Positions 1 to 16,025 of a DNA stretch of 64,000 nt are shown here, piece after piece. The notes below the pieces were generated by a model. The model was not told where the DNA came from. It saw only the letters and a list, made by a program, of their open reading frames with translations, and did not search any database. The stretch's first letter is position 1. Each line of letters opens with the position of its first letter. The stretch lies in NCBI RefSeq assembly GCF_009914755.1, contig NC_060929.1; one strand, given 5' to 3'. The stretch comes from the human T2T-CHM13v2.0 reference genome, Homo sapiens. The translations under genes and the position numbers were made by a program.

Positions 1-349
1 CAGTGCAATTCATGCTAAATATGTCCTTTCTAAATGTATCTATGCATTAAGCGGGTTTAACATTATAATACCACTAGCATCAATGATAACTCATAATTGA
101 ATATTAATGCTGAGAGTAAAGATGCAAAGCTCTTCTACATAATGAAATGTAGAGTAAAATAAAACATGTGGACTGAGCAGAGCAAAATAATGTTCTTCAA
201 AAACAGTATTTATCATCATCTACAAAGCTGAGTAATTAAAAGTTGAGGTTGCAAGCAGCCAGGATCCTTAACTCTCTGACTATAGAGAAAAAGAAGAGAT
301 CATTATTGCTGTGAATATCAACACAAGAGTAAGTGCCCATTATAAATTC

Positions 350-905
<556 letters not shown>

Positions 906-984
906 TTAGGACTGTACATATAGTAAGGACAGAGTTTTGTCAACAGGGAGTAATGGTTATGTTGCTTATGTCTTATAATATGGT

Positions 985-1090
985 GATAAATAAAGATTTT
1001 GTGAGGAGCAAATGGAAAAATTTATTTTAATGCTTAGCGTGGTGATTGGCACATGCTAAGTGCTGCATAAATATTTTTTGTCATTGTTTA
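985..1090 (+). mobile_element. MIR 3' fragment
   Basis: 'ttgtgaggagcaaatg...gcttagcgtggtgattggcacatgctaagtgctgcataaatatt' matches the MIR 3' end. Confidence 0.55.
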
Positions 1091-3254
1091 TGATTGTTGT
1101 TTTCTCTTTAGAACATGCTAAAAAATAAGCTGCGAGCCTTTGAAAATAGCTTATCTCAATAGAAGGCCTGAAATTAAGATTTTAGATACTCTCTGATTTC
1201 CTACCCCTTGAGATTTCCTATTAATCTATGTAATTTAAACTATCAGTAAACAGACAATTATGTGAACAACTCAGTCTTATCAGTCAAATGTGTTGAACTA
1301 GTCATTAGAATTAAAACAATCTAGACTGATATTATGAATTAGTATTATTACAACACAAATGAAGGACAATATGCATGTTTAATATACTGGAATCCCTCTG
1401 TTTCCTTTCACCTGCTGTATATATTTTGTCATGAAGTTTCAATGGTTCTGTTTTCTCCATTCTTGTTAATACTGTTGTAGACCACATGCTGGGCTAACTC
1501 AGCAAATGTTGTAGCTGGCTCATCTGTTTCAAACTCCTTCCATCTCTTTTTAGTCTATTTAATATTTTGCTGCAAGTCTTGTCCAAAGAAATGAGTCAAT
1601 GGTGAGTCCCTAATGCTTGTTCTGGCATTCAAATTTTGCCATCCCCTGCACTTTATTAGCTTTCATTATACTTTACTACTTATTTCTCAAACTGATAACT
1701 TCTACTCCCTCAGGCTTTCACCTTTCTGTCTCCCAAATACAGCAGGTACCTTTTTAATGTTTTGATCTTTAGTTATACTCTTTATCCTGCCTGGAATGTT
1801 CCTTAACCATGCTTTCCTTAGTGTTGATTGTCTGGCATTTGGTTCTATATTGATTACACTGATACTGCTTTTTCTGTTTCATAACTCCCACAAATTTATG
1901 AGCCCCTTACTGACCCAGCAACGTGAAAGCAGCAGAGACTAAGCTCTTAACCAATGTTGTTTAATTTGCTTATTGGAAATAAGATGGAAATTTTAGGTAT
2001 GAAATGTAAACACTATTGCAGAGTATATGTGTAGACTGAGAGAGCACATACTTTCCTGAGCAAAACAGAAGTTCTTTTCCAAATTAATCCTCAAAGCTTC
2101 ATAAATACATAATTCCAGATTTCAGTTTACTTCAGGAATAATTTGGCAAGAGTTTTAAATCAATTTCTAATAGATTTCAAGTTTCAGAGTAGCACATTTC
2201 CTCATCTACAAACCCGCATGCTTTTCTCACCCTATAAAGAGATGCATTATATAATTTTGGGGATTTATAGCAGATGTAGCAGCACTTTAAGACTCACCAA
2301 GGGCCAGAAGCTGACCTTGAAGTTTAGAAAGGGTATTGTTTAGAGATGGTACACATACCTTTTCTATTTATCAACAGTGGAACAAGTGACTTAATGTTTC
2401 CCTGGGATAATTTGAATTTAATATCTCTTGTGAAAGACGTTGCACTGGAAATGCAGCATTACCTCTGACCTCTCAGAAGAACCCCTTCAGGCTGCCATCA
2501 AATAATCATTCTGGTGTTAGTCCTGAACTTAAATTCACACCAGCCCCTGAAGTTTGAGACAAAATCTGGTTAAGCAGTTCATGAAGAGTGCTCTAGAATA
2601 TTTCTCCTGACATGTGAGCTCTAAACCACACATTTTTATTTGTATTTGCTCTTCCCAAATGTTATTAACAGGGGAAATCATGATAGATTTGTTCCAGTAA
2701 AGTGTATTTTAAATACAAAAAATAAACCTTTTACATTTTTTATACATCTCCAAAAGTGATTATATGACTCAAGAACAACTAACAAAACTTGCTGACTGCT
2801 TTGGACATAATTTCCTAGACTAAACAAAAGTTACCATCCTTGGAGGAGATGCTTGCTATGGTAGTAAGCTAGACTAGAACAGAAAATTAACCAGGAAGCA
2901 AATTTTTCTCTCATTCACACTTCACATAAACTAGAGTGCTACTATGCTATTTATATATTTATATTCTTCAAAGTACATAAAGTTACACATAGATTAGACA
3001 GTGAGTACTGGCTAAAGGATTAGATAAAGAGAAAGTTACTTACACATCTGTTTTGCTGGGTTGAGACTATACTAAAAAATAGGCCTAATCTATTTTTTAT
3101 TATTTTGATGACAAGCAAGAAATAATATTTTCAGAATAATAAAGTTTGCATATTGGCTAAATATTTTCATAATTCATTTTATTTAACTTACAAAATACCA
3201 CATATTAAAATTTGCCTTATATGGAGAGCTCTCATTACCTATTTACATTAAATT

Positions 3255-3820
3255 ATTTTATTTATTCACTTGTAACATCATTCAGAAAAGTACATCAATT
3301 GTAAGTGTATGGCTTAATAGATTTTCAAAAAATGAACAATATCAAGAATAAAAAAGAAAGACCGTTACCAACATACTGTAAACCCACGGCACTTTTTCAT
3401 TTAGTACCTCTTCATCTTTCCAAGGATTAACATTATCCTGATTTTAAAACAATCTATTAGTTTTCACTCTTTTTGAATTAAGTATATTCATGGATTATAT
3501 ACTCTTTTATGTCTTGCTTTTTACACTTAGCATTTTGTTTATGTAATTCATTTAAGTGATTCCTTTAGTAGTAATTAAATTTTCTCTACTGTATAGTAAT
3601 TTATTGAAAATATACAATTTATCTATTTTAGTAGATTGGTAGTTGATAGATATTTGGATTGTTTTCAGTTTTCAGCTATTACTAAATAATGCTGCTATAA
3701 GATTCTTGTAATTGTCTTGACACAGGTACATATGCATTCTGTGGGCTATAGGACTGGGAGTGCAATTACTAGTTCATCGGCCATGCCTATGTCTAGCTTC
3801 AGTAATACCTAACAAATAAT
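3255..3820 (-). mobile_element. Ancient L1M (L1ME-like) 3' end
   Basis: 'gttgatagatatttggattgttttcagttttcagctattactaaataatgctgctataa' is typical of the L1M 3' region. Confidence 0.7.
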
Positions 3821-4202
3821 TGGAAATCTTTTGGCTTTTTATGAATAAAATACTGCTATATTAGAATTTAAGTCTATTACCTTCAAATTCCCCCTTCAAA
3901 TTCCCCTTCAATTTCTCTGTGTTCTGCTTCTCTTTCCTTTCTTACTTTTGGATCAATCTGGGACTTTTGTTGTTGTTGTCATCAATCATTCCATTTTTCC
4001 CTTTAATGACTTTTTGAAAAATATTATTTTATTAATCATTAATGGTTACCCAGGAAGTTACAACGTGGATTCTTTAATACAATCTAATATCATTTAATAC
4101 TTTTACCACTTCCTATACAATTTGTCTTCTTTTAAGATCTAGCCTCTTGTGCTATTGTTGAAATGAATATTACAGTTCTATATTTTAAACCCCAAAATGC
4201 AA

Positions 4203-4274
4203 CATCATCATTATTGCCATCATGGTTGTCATCATCATCACCATCACCATCATCATCATCATCATCATTATCAT
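4203..4274. repeat. (CAT/CAC)n microsatellite
   Basis: Direct reading of catcatcat/caccat repeats. Confidence 0.9.
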
Positions 4275-4758
4275 TGCGAGGCAGGTTCTATTGATTGATT
4301 ACCAACTTGTCTGAATCTGGTAAGACAGAACATGCCCCACCACCCCCACACACATACCAAGTTACATGAAGTAAATTTATTACTTACAGCTAGGTAGCAA
4401 GGAACAACAGAAGCCAAGAATTCATCACAAGCTGGTTCCCTAAGGCTCAGGAAAGCTTTCTAAGGTGGCTGGAATCTCATCTGCACATGACCCACTTGCA
4501 TTGCAGCTGAGGGACCAGGAAAGCAGCCTGCTCTGGGGTTTATGCCCAAGGGCATTGTGACTTGCTGGGGTAAACTGTTGAAAGACATCCTGTTTTGGAG
4601 GAATGGAGCGGAACAAAGCCTGGCCTCTTTCAGCCAGCTCCTTCCTATCTCAGATGTTGCATTCCCAGTACATTCTGTGGGTACTCTGGAGTACTATAAG
4701 CAAGAAAAGGGGAGGAGCTTTGTCGATCCAAGGTCACCTGGGAAATTGGCCTGCAACA
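4275..4758 (-). mobile_element. Solo ERVL-class LTR (LTR47/MER70-like)
   Basis: TG...CA termini, 5-bp TSD atcat/attat, minus-strand AATAAA ('tttatt' near 4377); subfamily uncertain. Confidence 0.7.
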
Positions 4759-6944
4759 ATTATCTTTATTTTAGACAAGCATGTGCTTTCTAATTATGTC
4801 TATTATTTTCTGAAATTTTTTGCTTTCATTTGTAATTATTTTTTCTCCAACTAATAGTCTCCTTTAAGTGTTTTCCAGTGTCAACCTGTTAGTGACAAAT
4901 TCTAACTTTTAAAAAAAGTTATCATTTCACCATCTGATTTCACAAAATACAGAGTTCTAGGTTGACAGTTATTTTATTTTAGCACTTTTAAATTGTCACT
5001 TAATAGTCTTCTGGATTTTATTGTTTCTGTTGAAAAGAAAACTATCAGTCTGATTGTTGCTTCTTTGACAGTAGGATATGTTTTTTTCTTGTTGTTATTG
5101 AAGATCTTCTCTTGAAATTTGGTTTTCAAAAGTCTTACTATGTTGTCTCTAGGTGTGATTCTCTTTGCATTTGCCATTTTTGGTTCTTAAAGAGTCCTAC
5201 ATCTGTAGCTTTATATTTTTTATCGCTTTTGAAAATTTTTCACTGGTATCTCCAAATAATTATCACTTCTCTATCTCCCTCTTCTACTTAGTCTCCAATT
5301 ATACAAGTTTATTATTAAATTTCTCTTAGCTATGCTATATATTTTCCATCCTTTATTGCTTCCCATGAATCAATCTCAATATTTTTATTGATCTGCATTC
5401 TCTGTTTACCTTCTCTCTTCTTCTATATCCAATCTCCTATTAAACCAATCTTTTGGTATCTTAATTTTAGACATAATATTTTTAGTTTTTCAAATTTCCA
5501 TGTAATTATCTTTTAAAATATATTCAGTTCTCAGGTTATATTTCAATCTTTTCATCTTTTAAAAATATGTCAATCACAGTTATTTTAAAATCCATATGTA
5601 AGATCTAACATCTAGATAACCTTTGGGTCTGTCTCTCTTGTTTTTTCTTCCCCCTGGGTTTTCAGTCATATGGTCTTTTTTATTTGATATAATAGTTATC
5701 CTTGATCGACTATCAGACATTGTTTATAAAGCCTTGTCGAGATTATTAGCCACAGTGAACAATGAATTAAAATTGCTTTCTGCCATGCAGCTAGAGTAGG
5801 GATAAATTACCATAATTCAATTTGGGATTAAATTCATGCAGAATTGGACTCAAATATTTTATTAGGGTAAATTCATGTTCAGATTTACTTATTCCTAACT
5901 TACATCAATAGTAGAATCCCATGTGGAAGGCTGGTGTGTTTGCCAGGGTCATTCTCCGTTGACAGACTGAATTCTAACTCTATTACCTCTAATCTATGAA
6001 ACTTCCAAAAGTTTTGAGCTTTCCCAGCATTTTACTTAGTTTATTAGCCTTTGGCCATGAAGCTACTTAGATATTTGTAAAGAGCATATTGGGGAAAGCA
6101 ACACAATATGTGTGTTCACCTTAATGCACTTTCTCTTTGGGATTGTTGCCCCAGAGGCCTTGTATGCTCAGTACACCTGAATTCTTGAGTTTAGGTTGCC
6201 AACCACATGTGACTGCTGAACCCTCATCTCATATTCTGATTTTTCTAGCTGATGCCTCAGGCCACCTCTCTTCCATGTGTAGCTTATGATTTGGTATATA
6301 ACTTATAGGAAAAGTATAGCGTACTTTAATGCTGAGCTCACTTCAGTGAGCTTTCATTCTCTTCAGAATTCTGACCTGTCAAATCCTAGTTGCCTTGGTA
6401 GATGTTTCCTAGCTATTTTTTGGGGAAAGCGTCTTTTCTACAAGCTATCTTACAGCTATCAAAAGAAGTTCAATTCAATTAATTTATAGTCTGAACTATC
6501 AAATGAGTAAATGACATATTTTTTAAAAACGTCAATCAATGCATCACAAACAGATACACATTTACACCTATAAATGTTCTGCTTTCACAGTAGCCTATCA
6601 AAAATTATTATTATGTGACATTCAGCCAGGTTGCTGGTTTTTAAGAAGGACTTCTAGAAGACAATGGCAAAATTTCTTTGCTCCAAAGAATCACACAAAA
6701 ATGATAATTTTGGTTTGGAAACATCCAATCTTAATGTAGGTAGTTAAAATGTAAATATATGATTTTTCCTTTTAAATTCAATCACACATACAAAAATAAA
6801 TGTCTATAGTGGAAATTTAGTATCTTTTTAATAAAATAAATTACTTTTGAAATAGTTATTTATGTGACATTTGTTTATTCTTTCAAGTCACTGGCATTGT
6901 CTAAGAAACTGGCCATAAATAAACTTGTAATTTTATTCACTTTA

Positions 6945-7090
6945 TATTTATATAAAATATTACATGCACACATATACATATATACTTATATTTATAATAT
7001 AATGTACAGTTAATATATTAAGCATTATATATCTTATATATTATAATAGACTTTATATATATTATAATATACATATTTATAATATATATA
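6945..7090. repeat. TA-rich low-complexity tract
   Basis: Nearly pure A/T with (TA)n runs. Confidence 0.8.
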
Positions 7091-7430
7091 TTTCTCCTCA
7101 TGCCAGATGTTATTGGAGTAAAGGCCTATGCCCTTAAATTGCTTCCTGAAAAATATACATGATGTTATAAAACATACCCACAACACATAATAATAAAAAG
7201 AGATGAGATGAAGAGAAGGAAGGACTAAAAGTCTTATTTGAGAAACATTAGAAAGTATGTGCGTAATGAACAGAGTAGAAATAATAGACCAGATCTCCTT
7301 CACACATTTATTTACTAAATTAACTTTACAATTTAACCAAAAGAGAAAAAGAATCCACCATTTATTTCAATGAATCTTACAGTTGGGGGTAGCTTGACAT
7401 GGGAAATACAAATCTGCTATTTTTCTAGAG

Positions 7431-7520
7431 AAGCACCGTCCAAAAGAAGTATTATATTGGCCACATAAGTAATTTTAAATATTTTACTGAATATGTTTAA
7501 AAAGTAAAATAAATAGGTAA
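7431..7520 (-). mobile_element. MER33 (hAT-Charlie), left portion
   Basis: 'aagcaccgtccaaaagaagtattatattggccacataagtaattttaaat' matches the MER33 end; preceded by 8-bp site ttctagag. Confidence 0.75.
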
Positions 7521-8430
7521 TTTTTGATAAAAATGTTTTAAAATATTGCAATACCATCCATGTAGATTTGAAAATATGGGTCAGTTATCTGAGAATGTAA
7601 ATAATTAAAACATCAAAAAAGACCTTTCTGATTTTCTTTGTGAACATGAATATTTAAAAATTAATAAACTTTATTTTTTAAAAACAGTTTTAGGTTCATG
7701 GCCAAAGTGAGCAGAACTCACAGAGTTCCCATATACCTCTTTTCTACACATATCCACAATCTCTTTTAGTACTGACATCCTGCACCATAATGATACATGT
7801 ATTAAAATCTCTAAACATTGATATATAATCACCCAAATTCCATAGTTTACATTAGGGTTCACTTTGAGTATTGTACATTCATTTCATAGATTTGGACAAA
7901 CATACACTAACATGTATCCATTAAAGTGTACGTACAGAATATTTTTACTGTCCCCTAAATCTTCTGTGATGCATCTATTCATTCTTTCCCCCACTCCAAC
8001 CTATACAGCTGCTGACTTACTCCCTCTATAGTTTTATTTTTTTCTAAATGACATATCATTGGAATCACACAGTATGTTGCTTTTTCAGACTGGGTTCTTT
8101 CACTTAGTAATATGCATTCAAGTTTCCTCCATGTGTTTTCCTGACTTGATCATTTCTTTTTAGCAAAGAACAACATTTCATTTTCTGAATGTACCACAGT
8201 TTATTTACCCATTCACCTACAAAATAACATTTTGGTTGCTTCCAAGTTTTGGCGCTTATAAATAAAGCAGCTATAGACATCTATGTGAAGATTTTCATGT
8301 GGACTTAAGTTTTCAAAGTTTTCAACTCTTCTAGATAAATACCAATGAGAGCAATGGTGGAACCTATGTTAAAAGTATGTTTCATTTTACAAGAAACTGC
8401 TAACTGTCTTCCAGATTGGCTGTACCATTT

Positions 8431-9766
8431 CGTCACAGGATCCTTTGGGTGTTGCTTCGCCAACCGGAAACTTTTGTGGTTGGCAGCACCTCTGCTTGAC
8501 TTTTGCTCCTGCCTGCTGAACTCATTTTGCACACTCGGCCAGGCAGTCTGTGCTTGGCTCATGCTACCAGCCCAGATCCCACACCTGCAAAGAGCGAGCC
8601 AGGTGCAGAGTGGTGAGGGGTGTGTGAGCAAGTGAGTGCAGGGTCTGGCCACTACACACAGTCAGGTACACCAGCTGCTGCTGTGGGGTGGGCAGCTCCT
8701 GGCACTGGCATAGGTTCTAGCTCTGTGCAAGGCTACAGCTGGACCAGATGTGCCACAACAGGCTTCCACCGTGGGCACCAGCATCTGGATGAAGGGAACG
8801 TGGTGGTGCCCAAAAGCTTGGAGACACCAGGAACTGCAGAGCCCCAAAGAGGCTGTTACAGTGTGTCACAGCCCTGGCTCAGGGAGCCCTGATATCTGGG
8901 CTCCCAGAAGGGCTGCAGCTCTTCTCTCCTTTTCATTGCCCACAGTGTGGCAAAATGGGGGAGCGTATTTCGGGGGGGTATGTTTCAGCCCATTTGTGTC
9001 ACCGCTTTTTCAGTCCTGCTGCCCCACTCTGGCCCACAGCTCCTGGGCTAGCGCAGCCCCACTGCTGCTTCCCATTGTGTGGGGTGGCCACTCAGCACCA
9101 GCAGAGGGTAGAAGGACTATAGTGTTACTGCTCTGGCTCAGGGAATCCTGAGGCCTGAGCCCCCAGAATGGTCACCACTCTTCACTCCCACAGGTCGGGA
9201 GCATGTCACCACCTGCAGTTCAGTGAGCCAGCCAGGAACATATTACAGCCCCTTTAGTTCCGGCCCACAGCTCCGTGAGCCATCCAGGAAAGTGTTACAG
9301 TTCCTTTTGCTCCTGCCTTTTGGAGGGTCCTGAGTTCTTGTCCTGTATCCAGAAAGAATGAGGTTATGCTGACAACTGGAGGGTGAGCAAGGTGGAGAAG
9401 AATTTTACTGGGTGATTGAACAGCTCTCTGAGGAGAGGAGACATGAAATGTGTAGCTCCTATCTGCAGGTAGGTAGTCGTGATGAGAATCGGAGGCTGGC
9501 TGAAACCAGGGTTTTTATGAGCTCAGAATGAAGTGTGTGATGATTGATCCATGAGCAGGAGGAAGTATGTGCTAATTGGTCCATGGGTGGGCCCAGAAAA
9601 AGTACTGCTTGAATGACATCAAGGAATTTCTCACTCCAGTTCATAGACTTCACCTGGAACTGGCAGTCCAGTCCCCAGGCTTCAGGCCCTCCCTGGCTTG
9701 AAGGTAGGGTTTCACCAAGGACCTGCCCCTTCCTGCCTAGGAACCTATCTTTTCCCACTACCATCA
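8431..9766 (-). mobile_element. MER52 solo LTR (ERV1)
   Basis: 'cgtcacaggatcctttgggtgttgcttcgccaaccggaaac...ccatca'; 4-bp TSD attt/gttt; L1 text resumes exactly across it. Confidence 0.88.
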
Positions 9767-10231
9767 GTTTTGCATTCTTTTCAGCAATGAATGAAAGTTC
9801 GTGTTGCTTCACACTCATCAGTTTCAGATTTCAGCCATTCCAATAGATGTATAGTGGTATCTCATTATTATTTTAATTTCTGGTTCTCTTATGACACATG
9901 ATGCTGAACATTTTCCATATGTTTACTTATCATTCATACATTTTCTTTAGTGAGCTGTATGTTCAAGTCTTTTGCCCATTTTTTAATTGGATTGATTGTT
10001 TTCTTATTAAGTTTTAGAAGTTCTTTGTATGTTTTGGATAACATCCTTCATAAGATGGGTCTTAAGCAGTTATTTTATCCTAATATATGGCTTGTGTTCT
10101 CCTTGTCATTGCCTTTCTTAGACAAGAAGTTTTTAATTTTTATGTAATCCAGCTTGTCAATTATTTCTTTTATGTAACAAGCCTTTCATGTTTTACATAG
10201 TCATGGCCATACCCAAAGTTATCTATGTTAT

Positions 10232-11011
<780 letters not shown>

Positions 11012-11497
11012 ATTATCTCTTAGGAGTTTTATTTTTGTGTTTTATGTTTAAGTCTGTGGTAATTTTGACTTAATTTTTGCTAAGTGAGTAAGATCTGTGT
11101 CTAGATTTATTTTATGGAATCTCAATGTCTAGTTATTCCAGCACCATCTGTTGAAAAGACTATCTTTGCTTCATTGTATTGCCTTTGTGCCTTTGTCAAA
11201 AATTAATTGACTTTATTTATGTGGGTCTGTTTCTGGGCTCCCTATTTGTTCCATTGATCTATTTGTCCATTCTTGTGCTTTTGCAAATAGCACAATATCT
11301 TAACTACCGCAGCTTTATAGTAAGTTTTGAAGTAGGATAGATTCAGTCCTCTGACTTTGTTCTTTTCTTTCTGCACTGAGTTGGCTATTCTAAGTCTTTT
11401 ATCTTTCCATATAAATTTTAGAATAAGTTTGTCAATATTCACAAAATAACTTGCAGGGATTTTTCTTGAGATTGCATTGAATCTATAGATCAATTTG

Positions 11498-14400
11498 TGA
11501 GAGTGAGCATCCTTGTCTTGTGGAATGCTGTCAACTTTTCCTCATTCAGTATGATGTTGGCTGAGGGTTTGTCATATGTGGCCTTTATTATTTTGATGTA
11601 TGTTCCTTTGATGCCTAATTTGTTGAGGGTTTTTATCATGAGGCAATGCTAGATTTTATCGAATGCTTTCTCTACATCTATTGAGATAATCAAATGGTTT
11701 TTGCTTTTAATACTGTTTACGTGATAAATCACATTTTTTATTTGTATATGTTGAACCATCCTTGAATCCCCAGAACAAAACCTACTTGGTCGTGGTGTAT
11801 TATCTTTGTGATGTGCTCCTGGATTCTGTTTGCTATTATATTGCTGAGAATTTTGGCATCTATGTTTATCAGGGATATTGACCTACGGTTTTCTTTTTGG
11901 TGTTGTGTCCTTTCCTGGGTTGTTATTAGGGTGATACTGCTTCAAAAAATGAGTTAGGAAGGGTTCCTTAGTTTCAGTGGGATTGGAATGTAGATGTACC
12001 AGTTCTATATACATCTGGTAAATTTTGGCTATAATTTAAAAGCCTGTCCAAAAAGTCCCGGGCTTTTTTTTTTGAACTGTGAGATTATTTTATTACTGAT
12101 TCAATTTCATTGCCCATTATTGCTGTACTCAGGATGTCTACTTCTCCTAGTTCAATCTGGGAAGCTTGCATATTTATAGGAATTTATTTCACCTAGATTT
12201 TTTAGTTTGGGAGCACACAGATGCTCAAAGTAGTCTATAGTAATCTTTATATTTCTCTGGTATCCGTTGTATTGTCACCTTTATCTTTTAAGTGTTTATT
12301 TGAATCTTCTTTCCTTAATTCTTTTTTAATCTGACTAATGGTTTATCAGTTTTACTGCTTCAAAGAAAAAAATGTTAATCCTTTGTATTTTTGCTTTTGT
12401 TGTTGTTGGTCTCAATCTCATTTAGTTCTGCTCTGGTCTTTGTTATTTTTCTCTTCTACTAGCTTTGAGTTTGGTTTAGTTTTATTTTTCTAGTTCCTAG
12501 GGGTGCAGCATAAAGTTGTTAATTTGAGATCTTTCTTTTTCATGTAGGCATTTAATGCTTTAAACTTTCTCTTAACATTGTTTTTGCTGTATCCAAGAAG
12601 TTAGGGTATGTTGCATCTCTATTGTCATTCATTTCAATAAACTTTTAAATTCTGCCTTAATTTTTTCATTTACCTAAAGATCATTCTGGAGCAGGTTGTT
12701 TAATTTCCATGTGTTTGTATGTTTTAAGAGTTCCTCTTGATATTAATTTCTAGTTTTGTTCCACCATGATCTGAAAAGTTACTTGATATGATCTTTTTAA
12801 AAAATTTATTGAGATTTGCGTTATGGCCAAGCATATGGTCAATTTTGGAAACTTTTTTTTTTTTTTTTTTTCCTCTGAGATGAAGTTTTGCTCTTGTTGC
12901 CCAGGCTGGAGTGCAATGACGAATCTCCGAATCTCGGCTCACTGCAACCTCCACCCGCAAGGTTCAAGAGATTCTCCTGCCTCAGACTCCTGGGTAGCTG
13001 GGATTACAAGTGTGTGCCACTACTCCCGGCTAATTTCTGCATTTTTAGTAAAGACAGGGATTCACCATGTTGGCCAGGATGGTCTCCATCTCTTGACCTC
13101 GTGATGTGCTCGTCTCGGCCTCCCAAAGTTCTGGGATTACTGTTGTGAGCTACCACGCCTGGCCCAGATTTTTTATTTGGTTGTATAGTTTAACCTCCAA
13201 TCCAGTAGGTGGTGCTTATGGGTAAGAGCTGCTGGCTGTGGCAGAATCTGATGGGTATGTGCTTGATCTTTTTTTCTGGGAGGGAACCTCTGTTGTCATA
13301 GATGATGAGCTTGTCTGCAGAATGCTCAATGTCCTGAGTTCTCTGCTCAGTACCTGGTGGGGGACAAAGCTGGGTGGAGATGGATCACTAAGCTCTTTCT
13401 TGGATATCCCAATGATGAGCCAAAGCACCTGCCCTTATAGGGGTGGCCAGGAGAGCTCATGGTGAAGTGTACCCAGGTCCCTGCTGAGGGTACTGTACCA
13501 GCTACACATCCTGCTCAGACAAATATAGTATATCTCCCTATCACACTCTTTCCCAAGAGCTTGTAATTTTTTGGTTCAGATAGACACTGTCATTTATCTC
13601 CAGATCGCAATATAACTGATGGCTGTGAAAAATGCCTATCCTGTGGCTACTGCCAAAATGGCTTCAGGGTGGAACCTTTTCCATCAGCCCAAAACAGCAA
13701 CTTTGTGGCTCACCTGTGTTCCACTGCAGGAATGCTGCTGCTCCATGTAGGGAGGCAGAAGGGGCTCTCGCCTTTGTGCAGGCCTGGGCCAGTGAACACA
13801 CCATCAGTGCGAGTGCAGCCATGCATAATAGCCCTAGAATGTCCAGCCTTTGGTGTACCTGCACTAACCCCCTTGGAAACAGCTGTGGCTGCATCCATAC
13901 CATTGGGGGTGACAAGAGACATCCCCCTCTCCTTGTTCATTCCCAGGTAATTGTGCTGCTTGGCCACTGGGATGGAATCATATTCTTCCTTTACCGAGCC
14001 TAGTGCCACACCTGTGTCTCTGCTGGGAGGAGCACAATCACTTTCAGTTCACAAGTGGGGCGCTCTCAAGCAGAGGAGAGCACATGCTCTGGCTTCCTTT
14101 GTCCTAAGGGTCACTTTGGTATGCTGCACTCTCTCTTCCCCTAGGAGCAGCCCACCCTACAGATTAGATCTCTGGGAATCCCACGGATCTCCTGGGTCCT
14201 GCTAGTCCTTTGTGATTGCTGCAGGCTGAGCAGATTCTGGGGAAAGTTTGCAGGAAGACTAGTGGTGTGGTGATACAAGGGTTGACAATGCCTGGACAGG
14301 ATAGGGGGGATGCACAGTGAGTGTACATCCAGCATGGCACTCATGGTCTCAGCTCAATTCTGGGGGGAGGGTGAATGAAACTGTGTAAACCACCAGACCA

Positions 14401-14750
14401 GGACTCCGCCCTGAAGGAGCTCCCAAATTTCTCAAGGCTTGGGCTCATGACAGTAGAGGTCTCTCTGACAGTTTGAAAGTCAGCAGTCTGCCACAGGGAT
14501 GGGTGAAGCAGTAAAATGCCTCCACCTACCCTTTCTCTGGGACTACAAGATGTTCAGGGATAGATTTCTGCCAAACTCTACCCTCCTTTGTATGTTCCCC
14601 AACTTCTCCAACTTCTTCCTTTAGGTTCTCCGATATATTCTAGCACTCTTCACTCAGTATGCCACTTGGGCCATGATTTTTCACCTGTAACTTTGGTTCT
14701 ACTTTCTGAGGAGAACTGGTGGCTGATGTCTCCAGTCAGCCATCTTGCAG
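11498..14750 (-). mobile_element. Second L1 (L1M1/L1M2/L1PBa-type 5' end): ORF2 RT-EN part plus 5' UTR
   Basis: ORF2 text 11498-12852 (SKIDHMLGH...SDHGGTKLEIN); GC-richer 5' UTR ending 'cagccatcttg' (CAAGATGGCTG start motif) near 14748. Confidence 0.8.
12853..13164 (-). mobile_element. Chimeric Alu (AluSc left arm, AluSp-like right arm), no TSD
   Basis: Left arm reads TCACGAGGTCAAGAGAT..ACCATCCTGG; right arm reads CATTGCACTCCAGCCTGGGCAACAAGAGC. Confidence 0.93.
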
Positions 14751-14781
14751 GAAAAAACCCCAAACACTTAGCAAATTATTT

Positions 14782-16022
<1,241 letters not shown>

Positions 16023-16025
16023 GGT

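Larger units (their letters stand above)
3850..6490 (-). mobile_element. HAL1/L1M ORF1-containing relic, interrupted by a (CAT)n tract and an LTR
   Basis: ORF 4974-5177 (TPRDNIVRLLKTK...IRLIVFFSTETIKSRR) aligns with L1 ORF1p (TPRHIIVRF...IRLTADLSAETLQARR). Confidence 0.7.

Noticed and set aside
4203-4274. Poly-His-coding tract
   Set aside because: Simple (CAT)n microsatellite inside TE sequence with no ORF or splice context
8305-9846. Cluster of overlapping 60-130 aa ORFs
   Set aside because: They fall in the GC-rich MER52 LTR, where stops are rare; no recognisable domain
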